This document shows, one piece after another, positions 43,912 to 53,622 of a stretch of 64,000 bases of DNA. The position numbers and the translations under genes are program-made. The stretch is taken from the NCBI GenBank assembly GCA_036262515.1, contig DATAIT010000031.1, positions 8,678 through 72,677 of the forward strand, written 5' to 3'. Every line of letters starts with the position of its first letter. The stretch's first letter is position 1. Below the pieces are notes generated by a model. The model was not told the origin of the DNA and made no database searches. It worked only from the letters and a program-made list of their open reading frames with translations. The DNA comes from Acidimicrobiales bacterium (GTDB lineage: Bacteria; Actinomycetota; Acidimicrobiia; Acidimicrobiales; GCA-2861595).

Positions 43912-45087
43912 TCAGACCTCGGTGACCGTCCAGTCGGCGTGGAGGTGGATCGGCGCCAGGCGCACGATGCCCACTGGGACGTGGTCGAGCGGCGGCCCGA
44001 CCACGTCGAAGTGGCCGGTGGGATGCCACCGGGTGATGGCCCGTCCCCGATCGCCGTAGATGCCCAACCAGAGGTAGTACCGCCCGGCGGCGAACGGGAG
44101 CGAGGGGACCGTGCAGCGCACGTCCAGCTCCGCGCCGTCGATCTCGACGTCGTTCCTGAACAGGACCAGGGGGGACGCCGGGCCCTGGCTGATCCCCACC
44201 TGCAACGTGCCCGACCGGGGCTCGGGCGCCTGGAGCCGGATCTCGATGCGGAACGGCTCACCGGTGGTGACGGCGCCCCGCTCGACTCCCATGACGGCGG
44301 CTTTGAGCACCCGGACGTCGCCCTCGACGGCCGAGTCCTCCTCGGCCCCCTCCTCGATCCAGCGCCGGTACCCGGCCAGGACGTCGGCGGTGGCACCGAT
44401 CTCCTCGACGACGCCCTTCTTGAGCCACAGGGCGGAGCTGCACATCGCCTCGACCGTCGCCAGGTCGTGGGAGACGTAGACGAGGGTGGTGCCCTGGGCC
44501 AGCACCTCGCGCATGCGGTCCAGGCACCGCTGCTGGAAGCTGGCGTCGCCCACGGCCAGGACCTCGTCGACCAGCAGCACGTCGGGCTCGAGAAATGCCG
44601 CCACGGCGAAGCCGAGACGCATCTTCATCCCGCTCGAATAGAACTTCACCTGGCGGTCGATGGCGTCCTCGAGCTCGGCGAAGGCGACGATGTCGTCGAA
44701 GCGGGCCGCGACCCGCGTGCGGTGCAGGCCGAGCAGCGAGCCGTAGAGATAGCAGTTCTCCCTGCCGGTGAGGTCGGGGTGGATACCCGACGCCACCTCG
44801 ATCAGCGCACCCACCCGACCGACGGCCTCGATGGTGCCGGCGTACGGGTACATCACCTCGCTGAGGATCTTGAGGAGCGTCGACTTGCCGGACCCGTTCG
44901 AGCCGATGAACGCGAAGGATCCCCCCGGCTCGATCTCGAAGTTGACGTCGCGCAGCGCCCAGGTCCACGACTTCCGGGGCCCGTGCGTCCGGAGCCGCTC
45001 GATGTGATCGCGAATGAGCGACCGGCTGCGGTCGGGGCGGAAGCGCTTCCACAGGTGGTGGGCGGCGACCGTGCCGCTAGGCGACAT
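43912..45087 (-). CDS. polysaccharide ABC exporter ATP-binding protein (Wzt/TagH type) with a C-terminal extension
   Basis: Walker A GSNGSGKSTLLK, signature YSSGMKMRLGFA, Walker B LLVDEVLAVGD. The ~150-aa C-terminal beta-rich extension (RIEIRLQAPEP...GRYYLWLGIYG) resembles Wzt glycan-binding domains. Confidence 0.9.
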   Translation of the reverse strand: MSPSGTVAAHHLWKRFRPDRSRSLIRDHIERLRTHGPRKSWTWALRDVNFEIEPGGSFAFIGSNGSGKSTLLKILSEVMYPYAGTIEAVGRVGALIEVASGIHPDLTGRENCYLYGSLLGLHRTRVAARFDDIVAFAELEDAIDRQVKFYSSGMKMRLGFAVAAFLEPDVLLVDEVLAVGDASFQQRCLDRMREVLAQGTTLVYVSHDLATVEAMCSSALWLKKGVVEEIGATADVLAGYRRWIEEGAEEDSAVEGDVRVLKAAVMGVERGAVTTGEPFRIEIRLQAPEPRSGTLQVGISQGPASPLVLFRNDVEIDGAELDVRCTVPSLPFAAGRYYLWLGIYGDRGRAITRWHPTGHFDVVGPPLDHVPVGIVRLAPIHLHADWTVTEV

Positions 45088-45988
45088 CGGCCACGCCCGT
45101 CTCGAGCCGCTTGAACACCCGGTAGCCGACGAACAGCTGCACGGCCGAGCTCAGGGCGGCGATGACGACGAGGCCGGTGCGCGGAGCATGGCCTTCGAGC
45201 ACGGCGCGCCGAAGCCCGTCGATGACGGGGGCGATGGGGTTGAGCGCCGAGTACACGCCGCGGAGGTTGGCCGGGACAACCTCGATCCCGTAGGCGACGG
45301 GCGTGGCGAACAACCCGACCTGGAGGAAGATGGGCAGGACGTGGCGCAGGTCGCGGAGGTACACCGTGAGCACGCCGAGGACCAACGAGACCGCCGTGGT
45401 GAACGCCAGCCCGATCAGCGCCAGAACAGGAATCCACACCGAGGTCGCCCGGGGCGCGTACCCGGTGACCACGAACAGCAGGCCGAGGACCAACGTCGCG
45501 ATGGCGGTATCGACGCCGGCGCTGGCCACGCTGCTCAGGGGAAAGACCTCGCGCGGGCAGCTCACCTTGTTCAGCAGCGACATGTTCGTCACCAGGCTGA
45601 GCGCCGCCTGCGACACCGACGTCGAGAAGAACGTCCACGGCAGCAGGCCGATGTACGAGAACAGGGCGTAGGGAGCGCCTCCCGTGTCGACCTCGGCCAC
45701 CCGGTTGAAGAACAGGGTGAACACGATCATGTACACGAGCGGGGTGATGACGGCCCAGGCGACGCCCAACGAGGCCTGCTTGTAGCGGGCACGCAGCTGA
45801 CGCTCGGTGAGCGAGCGCACGAGCTCCCGGGCCCGCCACAGGTCGCTCAGCGCGGAACGCAGGGCGACGCGGCGGCGGAACCGCAGCTCGGGCGGTGGGA
45901 CCTCTCCGAGGCCGCTGACGTCCGTCACCGGTATCCCGCTGCTGTGGTGGTCGATGGTCGCTCCATCCCGGTTCACCGCTGCTGGCAA
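45077..45988 (-). CDS. ABC-2 type polysaccharide exporter permease (Wzm type)
   Basis: Motif LTERQLRARYKQASLGVAWAVITPLVYMIVFTLFF followed by six hydrophobic segments. Overlaps wzt by 11 nt. Start uncertain. Confidence 0.85.
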   Translation of the reverse strand: MPAAVNRDGATIDHHSSGIPVTDVSGLGEVPPPELRFRRRVALRSALSDLWRARELVRSLTERQLRARYKQASLGVAWAVITPLVYMIVFTLFFNRVAEVDTGGAPYALFSYIGLLPWTFFSTSVSQAALSLVTNMSLLNKVSCPREVFPLSSVASAGVDTAIATLVLGLLFVVTGYAPRATSVWIPVLALIGLAFTTAVSLVLGVLTVYLRDLRHVLPIFLQVGLFATPVAYGIEVVPANLRGVYSALNPIAPVIDGLRRAVLEGHAPRTGLVVIAALSSAVQLFVGYRVFKRLETGVADVA

Positions 45989-46181
45989 CCTTCAATCGTA
46001 CGGCGGCGGATCGCCGGAGCCGACAACCGCGTCGCCCAGGGTGGCCCGGCGCTTCTTTTCCACGTCGGTGACACTCCGTGTCGTGTCGGGGACGAAGAAT
46101 GGGGCAGAGCGGGCATCGGTCGACGGGGTTTACCGGCAGCGGGTCGGCCTGCCGTGGTCCGACGGGGACCGGCTCGGCTCT

Positions 46182-47195
46182 CTAGAAGAGCTCGATGTCG
46201 CCGAGCGAGAGGTCCCACGCCCGCGCGGGCGGGCGGCCACCGGCACCGACGCCCCGCCACGTGAGCACCGGACCCTCACCAGGCACGGGGACGAAGCCGC
46301 GCCAGCGCCGGGTACCGGTCGCCACCGCGTAGTCGGCACCGGAGACGACGAGGACCTCGCGGGCGAGACGGGCGGCCGCTCGGGCGTCGGCACCGGGCAC
46401 CAGCACCTCGCCGATCATCACCTCCACGGCCGCACCGCGCCGGCGCAGGCGGAACAGGGCCAGGCCGGCGGCCGGCCCACCGACCCCGGTGAGGCCGCGG
46501 TAGGCGAGGGCGGGAAAGCCCGCGTAGCGCCAGCGCAGCACCTCAGGAGTGAGCCGCGTCCGCAGCCCCGTGGGCGGCGGCTGCGCCCGCAGCAGCCCGG
46601 CCACGGCGTCCTCGTCGGCGAGCACCTCGGCCGCGGGCAGGCCAGCGTCGCTCGGCACCGACCACAGGTCGGCCGTCGTCCGGGCGCGGGCCACGCGCGG
46701 CAGCGAGCGCACCGATGCCAGGCGCAGCTGCAACGCGACACGCCCGACGTCCTCCCACCCCATCTTCAGGTAGCCCGGCCGGCTCTGGTCGTTCGGCGTG
46801 TTGAAGACGAAGCGGACGCCGTGGCCATCGAGCGACTCCAGCCCGGCCCGCGTGAGAGCGGTGAAAACGCCCCGTCCGCGGGCCGCCGGCGCGGTGGCCG
46901 TGTCGACCGCCCGCACCGCCTGCAGCACGGCGCCCGGCTGCTCGAACTCCCAGCGGAGGAAGGCCCGGAAGCCGATCACCTTCCCGTCGCGCTCCGCCAC
47001 CCACGCCAGCGAGGGCCCGAACGGGCTCTCGGCGTGCTTCCAGGAGAAGAAGGCCGCGTGGTGACCGTCGGGCACCCAGCCGAGGGACACGGCCAGGAGG
47101 TCCAGGACCTGGGGCATGTCGCCCGTCGCGAACGGGCGGATCGAGGGGCGTCCGCCGTCGGTCGCCCCGATCGTCCCCGGCGGTGCGGGACTCAC
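46182..47195 (-). CDS. GNAT family N-acetyltransferase (two-domain type)
   Basis: Proposed GTG 47195 overlaps the asnB stop (GTGA). Motifs: IRPFATGDMPQVLDL and the acetyl-CoA loop VRAVDTATAPAARGRGVFTALTRAGL. Confidence 0.75.
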   Translation of the reverse strand: MSPAPPGTIGATDGGRPSIRPFATGDMPQVLDLLAVSLGWVPDGHHAAFFSWKHAESPFGPSLAWVAERDGKVIGFRAFLRWEFEQPGAVLQAVRAVDTATAPAARGRGVFTALTRAGLESLDGHGVRFVFNTPNDQSRPGYLKMGWEDVGRVALQLRLASVRSLPRVARARTTADLWSVPSDAGLPAAEVLADEDAVAGLLRAQPPPTGLRTRLTPEVLRWRYAGFPALAYRGLTGVGGPAAGLALFRLRRRGAAVEVMIGEVLVPGADARAAARLAREVLVVSGADYAVATGTRRWRGFVPVPGEGPVLTWRGVGAGGRPPARAWDLSLGDIELF

Positions 47196-49141
47196 CAGGC
47201 GTCGATCCACGATTGGAACATGAGCACAGACCACAGCCGGTAGTCGTTGTTGCGGCGCCCGGCCAGATGGTCCTCCCACTGAGCCCGCACCGGCACCGCG
47301 TCGAACCAGCCGTCCGAGGCCAGCCGGCCCGGCGCCAGCAGCTCCTCGGCCCAGGCGCGCAGGGGGCCACGGAGCCAGGCGCCGAGGGGCGGGTCAAAGC
47401 CCATCTTGGGCCGGTCGACCAGCGCGGACGGGACATACCGGTCGAGCACCTGGCGCAACACCCACTTGCCCCGCCCGTCGCGCACCTTGGCGGCGGCGGG
47501 CAGCGTCCAGGCCCATTCCACGATCCGGTGGTCGAGGAGCGGGACGCGCAGCTCCAACCCCACGGCCATGCTGGCCCGGTCGACCTTCACCAGCATGTCG
47601 TCTGGCAGCACCATGGCCGTGTCGAGCCAGAGGAACTCCTCGAGGGCGTCGTCGAGCGGCGGCCACCGGTCCGGCTGGCCGGCGAGCGTGGCCGGCTCGC
47701 GGGACCCGAGGACCACCGACGCAGGGTCGTCCCACTGGCCGGCCAGGTTCCGGTAGAGCCCCGCTGCGTCGGGTGCGGCCAGCAGCCGGCTGAGCTTCTC
47801 GACCTTGTCGGCGGGGTTCCGCACCCGGATCCGTGCCGGCAACGCCGCACCGGCCCGGTCCCACGCCGTCCTCGGCGGGGCCAGCAGGACGGCGCCAGCG
47901 GCCCGGCGCACCGGGCGCGGCAGCGGGCCCAGGCGGCGCCACAGCCGTGGCCCCAGAACGTGGCGGTTGTAGCCGGCGAACACCTCGTCGCCGCCGTCCC
48001 CGGACAGGCACACGGTGACGAAACGGCGCGCCACCTCCGACACCAGCAGGGTGGGAACGGCCGAGGGGTCGCCGAACGGCTCGTCGTACACGGTGGCCAG
48101 CCGGGGGATGACGGCCAGGGCGTCGGCGACGGAGAGCGTGACCTCCTCATGGTCGGTTCCGAGATGCGAGGCGACGGCGCGCGCCTCGGGCGCCTCGTCG
48201 AAGCCGGCGTCGGGCATGGCCACGGTGAACGTACGGACCGGTCCGGCGCCGTTGGCCCGGTCCTGGGCCAGCGCAACCACGGCGGACGAGTCGACGCCGC
48301 CGGAGAGGAAGGCACCGACCGGGACGTCGGCCGACAGACGCAGCGACACGGCGTCGCCCAGCACCTCGTCGAGGTGGTCGGCGGCGTCGCCGGGCGTCTC
48401 CCGCCGGCGTGCGTCCCGTCCCGCTGCGATCACGGCGCCGAGCTCCCACCACCGCTGCGGCTCCGGCATCGAGCCCGACCGGCACCCGGCGTCGAACGTC
48501 ACGAGCGCGCCCGGGGGCACGGTGGCGACCCCGCGGTAGATCGTGCGGGGGTGGGGAACGAAGCTGGACCGCAGGTACGCGGCCAGGCTGTCCCGGTCGA
48601 CGTCCGGCCGGAAGCCGTCATGGCCCCGTAGCGCCTTCAGTTCCGAGCCGAAGACCAGGTCCGATCCGCCCCACCCGTAGTACAGGGGCTTCTCCCCCAG
48701 CCGGTCACGCGCCAGGGTGAGGCGGCGCTCGGCGCGGTCCCACAGGGCGAGGGCGAACATGGCGTTGGCCCGATCGAGCGCGGTGCGCAGGCCCCAGGCG
48801 TCGACCGCGGCGAGCAGCACCTCGGTGTCGGAGTGACCGCGAAAGCGCGCCCCCTGCCCCTCCAGCCGTGACCGCAGGGCGCGGTGGTCGTAGACCTCGC
48901 CGTTGAAGACGAGCACGTGGCGACCCGAGGCCGACACCATGGGCTGGTGGCCGGCGGCGGACAGGTCCACGATGGCGAGACGGCGCATGGCCAGGGCGAC
49001 GCCGGCGGACGCGTCGACCCACACGCCCTCGTCGTCGGGGCCCCGGTGGCGGAGCCGGTCCGCCATGGTCCGGGCCCGGGCCTCGAGGTCCCCAGCCGGT
49101 GTGCCGGCCGGCAGACTCAGGAGCCCGGCGATGCCGCACAC
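47192..49141 (-). CDS. asnB: asparagine synthase (glutamine-hydrolysing) family protein
   Basis: GTG 49141 gives (M)CGIAGLLS, the N-terminal nucleophile Cys. Motifs: GPDDEGVW, HQPM, FNGEVYDH, PP-loop AFLSGGVDSS. The rest of ORF 47192-50497 is antisense to the next gene. Confidence 0.9.
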   Translation of the reverse strand: MCGIAGLLSLPAGTPAGDLEARARTMADRLRHRGPDDEGVWVDASAGVALAMRRLAIVDLSAAGHQPMVSASGRHVLVFNGEVYDHRALRSRLEGQGARFRGHSDTEVLLAAVDAWGLRTALDRANAMFALALWDRAERRLTLARDRLGEKPLYYGWGGSDLVFGSELKALRGHDGFRPDVDRDSLAAYLRSSFVPHPRTIYRGVATVPPGALVTFDAGCRSGSMPEPQRWWELGAVIAAGRDARRRETPGDAADHLDEVLGDAVSLRLSADVPVGAFLSGGVDSSAVVALAQDRANGAGPVRTFTVAMPDAGFDEAPEARAVASHLGTDHEEVTLSVADALAVIPRLATVYDEPFGDPSAVPTLLVSEVARRFVTVCLSGDGGDEVFAGYNRHVLGPRLWRRLGPLPRPVRRAAGAVLLAPPRTAWDRAGAALPARIRVRNPADKVEKLSRLLAAPDAAGLYRNLAGQWDDPASVVLGSREPATLAGQPDRWPPLDDALEEFLWLDTAMVLPDDMLVKVDRASMAVGLELRVPLLDHRIVEWAWTLPAAAKVRDGRGKWVLRQVLDRYVPSALVDRPKMGFDPPLGAWLRGPLRAWAEELLAPGRLASDGWFDAVPVRAQWEDHLAGRRNNDYRLWSVLMFQSWIDAW

Positions 49142-49159
49142 CGCTAGCTTGCGATTCGC

Positions 49160-50377
49160 ATGAGTGCTGCCGGCGACCCGGGCACCGCCGGGGACCCGGG
49201 CGCAGGGCGGGGCACGCGGCGGCTGCGGGTCCTGTGGCTGGTGAAGGGTCTCGGCATCGGCGGCGCGGAACGGCTCCTGGTGGCCGGCGCCGGCGCCCGC
49301 GACGAGGCCGGGTTCGCCATCGAGGCAGCGTACGTCGTACCCGTGAAGTCGCAACTGGTCGGCGACCTCGAGGAGCGCGGCGTGCCGGTCACCTGCCTGG
49401 GCGGTGGTCGCCCGGGCGCGTGGGTGCCCAGGCTGCGGGCGCTTCTCGTGTCCGGCCGGTTCGACGTGGTGCACGTGCACTCCCCGCTCCTGGCCGGGAC
49501 GACCCGCCTGGCCGTCCGGACCCTGCCGAAGCGGCGCCGGCCGGCCATCGTGACCACCGAGCACAACGGCTGGTCGACGTTCACCCTCACGACCCGCCTC
49601 CTCAACGCCTTCACCGCACCGTTGGACGACGCCACCATCGCCGTCTCCGAGGAGACGCGGGCTTCGATGTGGTGGCCGGGTACCCGGCGGCGCACGGCCG
49701 TGCTCGTCCACGGCGTGGACCTCGACACCCTCCGCTCGGCGCGTCGCCACCGCGCCGCCGTCCGCCGCCAGCTCGGTCTCGTCGATGACGACGTGGCCGT
49801 GATGACGGTGGCCAACTACCGCGAGCAGAAGGCGTGGCCCGACCTCCTGGCCGCCGCCCGTGCCGTGATCGACCGCGGCCTGCCGGTGCGGTTCGTGACG
49901 GTCGGCCAGGGCCCACTCCAGGCCGAGATCGAGGCTCTGCACCGCCGCCTCGAGCTGGGGGACCGGGTGCTGCTGCTCGGCCGGCGTGACGACGTGCCGA
50001 GCCTGCTGGCGGCAGCCGACGTCTTCGTCCTCGCGTCCACCTACGAGGGCTACCCGCTGGCGGTGATGGAGGCGCTGGGCGCCGGTCTCCCCGTCGTCGC
50101 CACCGCCGTGGGCGGCGTGGTGGACGCCGTCGGCCCGGACTCGGGCGTGCTCGTCCCTCCCGGGCGACCGGACCTGCTGGCCGAGGCCGTGGCGCGGGTG
50201 GCGACCGATCCTGGCGAGCGGGCCCGCCTGGCCGCAGGCGCCGCCCGCGCCGGCGACGCCTACGACGTGGCCACGGCCGTGGCTGCCACCGAGACCATCT
50301 ACCGCCGGATCGCCCCGCCGGCCGCGACCGAGCGGCCGGCGCCGACCCGGCGCCGGGCCCGGCGATCCGGCACATGA
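49160..50377 (+). CDS. glycosyltransferase family 4
   Basis: Motifs: LRVLWLVKGLGIGGAERLL and VFVLASTYEGYPLAVMEALGAGLPVVATAVGG. Lies only 18 nt from the divergent asnB start. Confidence 0.85.
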   Translation: MSAAGDPGTAGDPGAGRGTRRLRVLWLVKGLGIGGAERLLVAGAGARDEAGFAIEAAYVVPVKSQLVGDLEERGVPVTCLGGGRPGAWVPRLRALLVSGRFDVVHVHSPLLAGTTRLAVRTLPKRRRPAIVTTEHNGWSTFTLTTRLLNAFTAPLDDATIAVSEETRASMWWPGTRRRTAVLVHGVDLDTLRSARRHRAAVRRQLGLVDDDVAVMTVANYREQKAWPDLLAAARAVIDRGLPVRFVTVGQGPLQAEIEALHRRLELGDRVLLLGRRDDVPSLLAAADVFVLASTYEGYPLAVMEALGAGLPVVATAVGGVVDAVGPDSGVLVPPGRPDLLAEAVARVATDPGERARLAAGAARAGDAYDVATAVAATETIYRRIAPPAATERPAPTRRRARRSGT

Positions 50378-50521
50378 CCCATGGATCGCCACGGAGCGTG
50401 GTGGTACGATCACAAAAGGGCGATCCGGCGGCCGATTCAGTCGTTCGGTCGGTCGGAGCACCGGCAACGGGGGGCGTACCGGCATACGGTCTCCCACGAG
50501 ATCGGCGGAGGTCGGAGAACT

Positions 50522-52450
50522 GTGGACAAGCGAGCGGGATCACGGTCGACGCCCACGTGGACGAAGGTCGCCCAGGTTGCAGCGCGCACGCGCAGCGACC
50601 TCGTGCTCGGCATCTTCGATGCCCTCCTCGTCACCGCCGCCTTCGCCACCGTGCTCGTGCTCCGCTTCGACGGCGAGGTCCCCGGGCACCATTGGCGCAG
50701 CTTCTGGGGCTTCGTCCCCTACGGCGTGGCGGTGAGCCTGGCCAGCAACTGGCTCTGGGGCCTCTACGGCCAGCTGTGGCGCCACGCCAGCATCCAGGAG
50801 GCCCGACGACTGCTACTGGCCGGAGCCACCACCACCTCGGTGCTGGTGTTCCTCGAGATCGGCGTACGTCGCACCGTCCCGTACTCCGTCGTCACCCTGG
50901 GCGTCGGCCTGGGCATCTTCCTCACGGGCGCCCTGCGCTTCCAGTCCCGGCTGTTCTCCTTCCAGCGGCGTTCCACCGACGGCACCGGTCTCCGGGTCGT
51001 GGTGATCGGTGCCGGCGACGCCGGGGCGGCCCTCGTGCGCGAGATGCTCCGCAGCCCGCGGGCCGGGCTGGTGCCGGTGGCGGTGCTCGACGAGGACGTG
51101 CGCCGGCACGGGCGGTCGTTCATGGGCCTGCGCATCGAGGGCGGCATCGCCGACCTGCCGCGGGTCGCCGCCCGCACCAACGCCCACCAGGCCGTGCTGG
51201 CCATGAGCTCCGTCGAGCAGTCCCTCGTGCGCCAGGCGGCGAGCGCGGCCGAGGAGGCCGGCGTGGCGCTGCGCATCGTCCCGGGCATGGCGTCGACCGT
51301 TGGGAACCGCGTGTCGATCAGCGACGTCCGCGACCTGCGCATCGAGGACCTCCTCGGGCGCAAGCAGGTGGTCACCGACCTCGATGGCGTGCGCCGGCTG
51401 CTGGAGGGCAAGCGGGTGCTCGTCACCGGTGCCGGCGGCTCGATCGGCTCGGAGATCTCGCGCCAGGTGGCCGCCTGCGATCCCGCCGCTCTCGTGCTGG
51501 TCGACCACGACGAGACGCACCTGCACGACACGGCCACGTCGGTCGCCGGTCCCACCGAGCAGGTGCTGGCCAACATCCGCGACCGCGACCTCATGCGGCA
51601 CGTGTTCGCCACGCACCAGCCCCAGATCGTGTTCCACGCCGCCGCCCACAAGCACGTGCCGCTCCTCGAGGCCCACCCCTGCGAGGCGGCCCTCACCAAC
51701 GTGGTCGGCACGGCCAACGTGCTCCACGCGGCCGAGCAGGTGCACGTCGAGCGCCTGGTGTTCATCTCCACCGACAAGGCCGTGGTTCCCTCCAGCGTGA
51801 TGGGCGCCTCCAAGCGGCTCGGCGAGCAGCTCGTGCTCGGGCAGGCGCCCGAAGGGACCCGCTACTGCGCGGTGCGCTTCGGCAACGTGCTCGGCAGCAG
51901 GGGCAGCGTCGTTCCCACCTTCATGCGCCAGATCGCCACGGGCGGGCCCGTCACGGTCACCGATCCCGCCATGACCCGCTTCTTCATGAGCATCGAGGAG
52001 GCCGTCCAGCTGGTCCTCCAGGCGGCGGCCATGGCCGAGGGGGGCGAGCTGTTCATGCTCGACATGGGCGAGCCCGTGCGCATCCTCGACCTGGCCGAGC
52101 GCATGATCCGGCTCTCGGGCCGGGAGGTCGGCACCGACATCGAGATCAAGGTCACCGGCGTCCGCCCGGGGGAGAAGCTGGTGGAGGAGCTGCGCGACAG
52201 CGAGGAGGACGCCTTTGCCACCATCCACCCGTCGATCATGAGGGTGCAGCCCCTTCCGACACCTGGGGCCCTCCTGCACATGGGCATGGTGCAGCTCGAG
52301 GCGTTCGCCACGGACCGCCGGTCCGAGGAGGTCCGCAACCTGATGTTCGCCCTGGCCGAGGCGCGGGTGCCGCCCGAGCCTGCACCGCGCGGCGCCCAGC
52401 CGGGTGGGACGGAGGGCGTGGCGCCGATGACAGGGACATCCAGGTCGTGA
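50522..52450 (+). CDS. membrane-bound nucleotide-sugar 4,6-dehydratase (CapD/PglF/WbpM family)
   Basis: Frame of ORF 50381-52450. GTG 50522 is proposed as the start because it is followed by the typical four N-terminal TM helices (start uncertain). Motifs: VVVIGAGDAG, VLVTGAGGSIGSEI, STDKAV, SKRLGE, FGNVLGSRGSV. Confidence 0.85.
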   Translation: MDKRAGSRSTPTWTKVAQVAARTRSDLVLGIFDALLVTAAFATVLVLRFDGEVPGHHWRSFWGFVPYGVAVSLASNWLWGLYGQLWRHASIQEARRLLLAGATTTSVLVFLEIGVRRTVPYSVVTLGVGLGIFLTGALRFQSRLFSFQRRSTDGTGLRVVVIGAGDAGAALVREMLRSPRAGLVPVAVLDEDVRRHGRSFMGLRIEGGIADLPRVAARTNAHQAVLAMSSVEQSLVRQAASAAEEAGVALRIVPGMASTVGNRVSISDVRDLRIEDLLGRKQVVTDLDGVRRLLEGKRVLVTGAGGSIGSEISRQVAACDPAALVLVDHDETHLHDTATSVAGPTEQVLANIRDRDLMRHVFATHQPQIVFHAAAHKHVPLLEAHPCEAALTNVVGTANVLHAAEQVHVERLVFISTDKAVVPSSVMGASKRLGEQLVLGQAPEGTRYCAVRFGNVLGSRGSVVPTFMRQIATGGPVTVTDPAMTRFFMSIEEAVQLVLQAAAMAEGGELFMLDMGEPVRILDLAERMIRLSGREVGTDIEIKVTGVRPGEKLVEELRDSEEDAFATIHPSIMRVQPLPTPGALLHMGMVQLEAFATDRRSEEVRNLMFALAEARVPPEPAPRGAQPGGTEGVAPMTGTSRS

Positions 52451-53622
52451 TCACCCCGCCCGCCGTGGTGGGCGGGCCGCAAGCGTTCCCCGACGGTCTC
52501 CCGATCACGCGGCCCTACGTGCCCGGCATCCCGGCCCTCGCCTCCCGCCTGCAGTCCATCCTCGACAGCGGCCGCCTCACCAACGGGCCCACCGTGGGCG
52601 AGTTGGAGGAGAAGGTGGCGCAGCTGCTCGGCGTGGCCCACGTCGTCGGCGTGTCCAGCTGCACGGCCGGCCTCATGCTCGTGCTCCAGGCGCTGGAGGC
52701 CACCGGTCGGGTGGTCCTGCCCAGCTTCACGTTCTCGGCCAGCGCGCACGCCGTCGTGTGGGCCGGCGGCGCTGCGGACTTCGCCGAGGTCGACGGTTCG
52801 ACCTGCACGCTCGACCCGGCCGACGTGGCGCCGATGGTCGAAGGCGCGTGCGCCATGACGGCCACCCACGTGTATGGCACCCCGTGCCGCACCGACGAGC
52901 TCCAGGCGCTGGCCGACGGGGCGGGGATACCGCTCGTCTACGACGCCGCCCACGCCCTCGGCAGCAAGCGGGGCGGCGTGCCCATCGGCGGCTTCGGCGC
53001 GGCCGAGGTGTTCAGCCTGAGCCCCACCAAGGTCGTGGTCGCCGGCGAGGGCGGCCTGGTCGCCACCAACGATGCCGGCCTGGCCGAGGCCTGCCGACTC
53101 GGCCGCGATTACGGGAATCCCGGCGACTACGACTGCCGCTTCCCCGGCCTCAACGCCCGCCTGTCCGAGCTCCACGCCGCCGTCGCGCTGGCATCGCTGG
53201 AGGGCCTCGACGAGCGGGTCGCGTACCGCAGCGCCCTCGCCGCCCGCTTCGCCGCCGGCGTGGCCGGCGTGGCCGGGCTTCGCCCGGCAGCCGTCGGCGC
53301 AGGGGACACCTCCACGTTCAAGGACCTCACGGTGATCGTCGAGGCCGAGTCCTTCGGCCTCACGGCGGAACAGCTCGGGCGGGCCCTGCGGGCGGAAGGC
53401 ATCGACTCCCGTCGCTACTACCACCCGCCGATCCACCAGCAGAAGGCCTACGCCTCCCGCTGGGCCGAGCGGCGTCCCCTGCCCGTCACCGAGCTGCTGT
53501 CCACGAGCGTGCTGAGCGTTCCGCTGTGGTCCCACATGACGCCCGACCACATCGACGGCATGGCCGACGCCGTGGTGCGCATCCACACCGACGCCGAGGC
53601 GGTCCGTCATGCCCTCGCATGA
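52447..53622 (+). CDS. DegT/DnrJ/EryC1/StrS (PglE-like) sugar aminotransferase
   Basis: GTG 52447 overlaps the preceding stop (GTGA). Motifs: GPTVGELEEKVAQLLG, SCTAGLMLVLQAL, FSLSPTKVVVAGEGG (PLP Lys). Confidence 0.9.
   Translation: MITPPAVVGGPQAFPDGLPITRPYVPGIPALASRLQSILDSGRLTNGPTVGELEEKVAQLLGVAHVVGVSSCTAGLMLVLQALEATGRVVLPSFTFSASAHAVVWAGGAADFAEVDGSTCTLDPADVAPMVEGACAMTATHVYGTPCRTDELQALADGAGIPLVYDAAHALGSKRGGVPIGGFGAAEVFSLSPTKVVVAGEGGLVATNDAGLAEACRLGRDYGNPGDYDCRFPGLNARLSELHAAVALASLEGLDERVAYRSALAARFAAGVAGVAGLRPAAVGAGDTSTFKDLTVIVEAESFGLTAEQLGRALRAEGIDSRRYYHPPIHQQKAYASRWAERRPLPVTELLSTSVLSVPLWSHMTPDHIDGMADAVVRIHTDAEAVRHALA

Noticed and set aside
47192-50497. 1101-aa ORF extending asnB upstream
   Set aside because: Asparagine synthases must begin with the Cys nucleophile (CGIAG), found here right after GTG 49141. 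The upstream 450 aa are antisense to the GT4 gene at 49160-50377.
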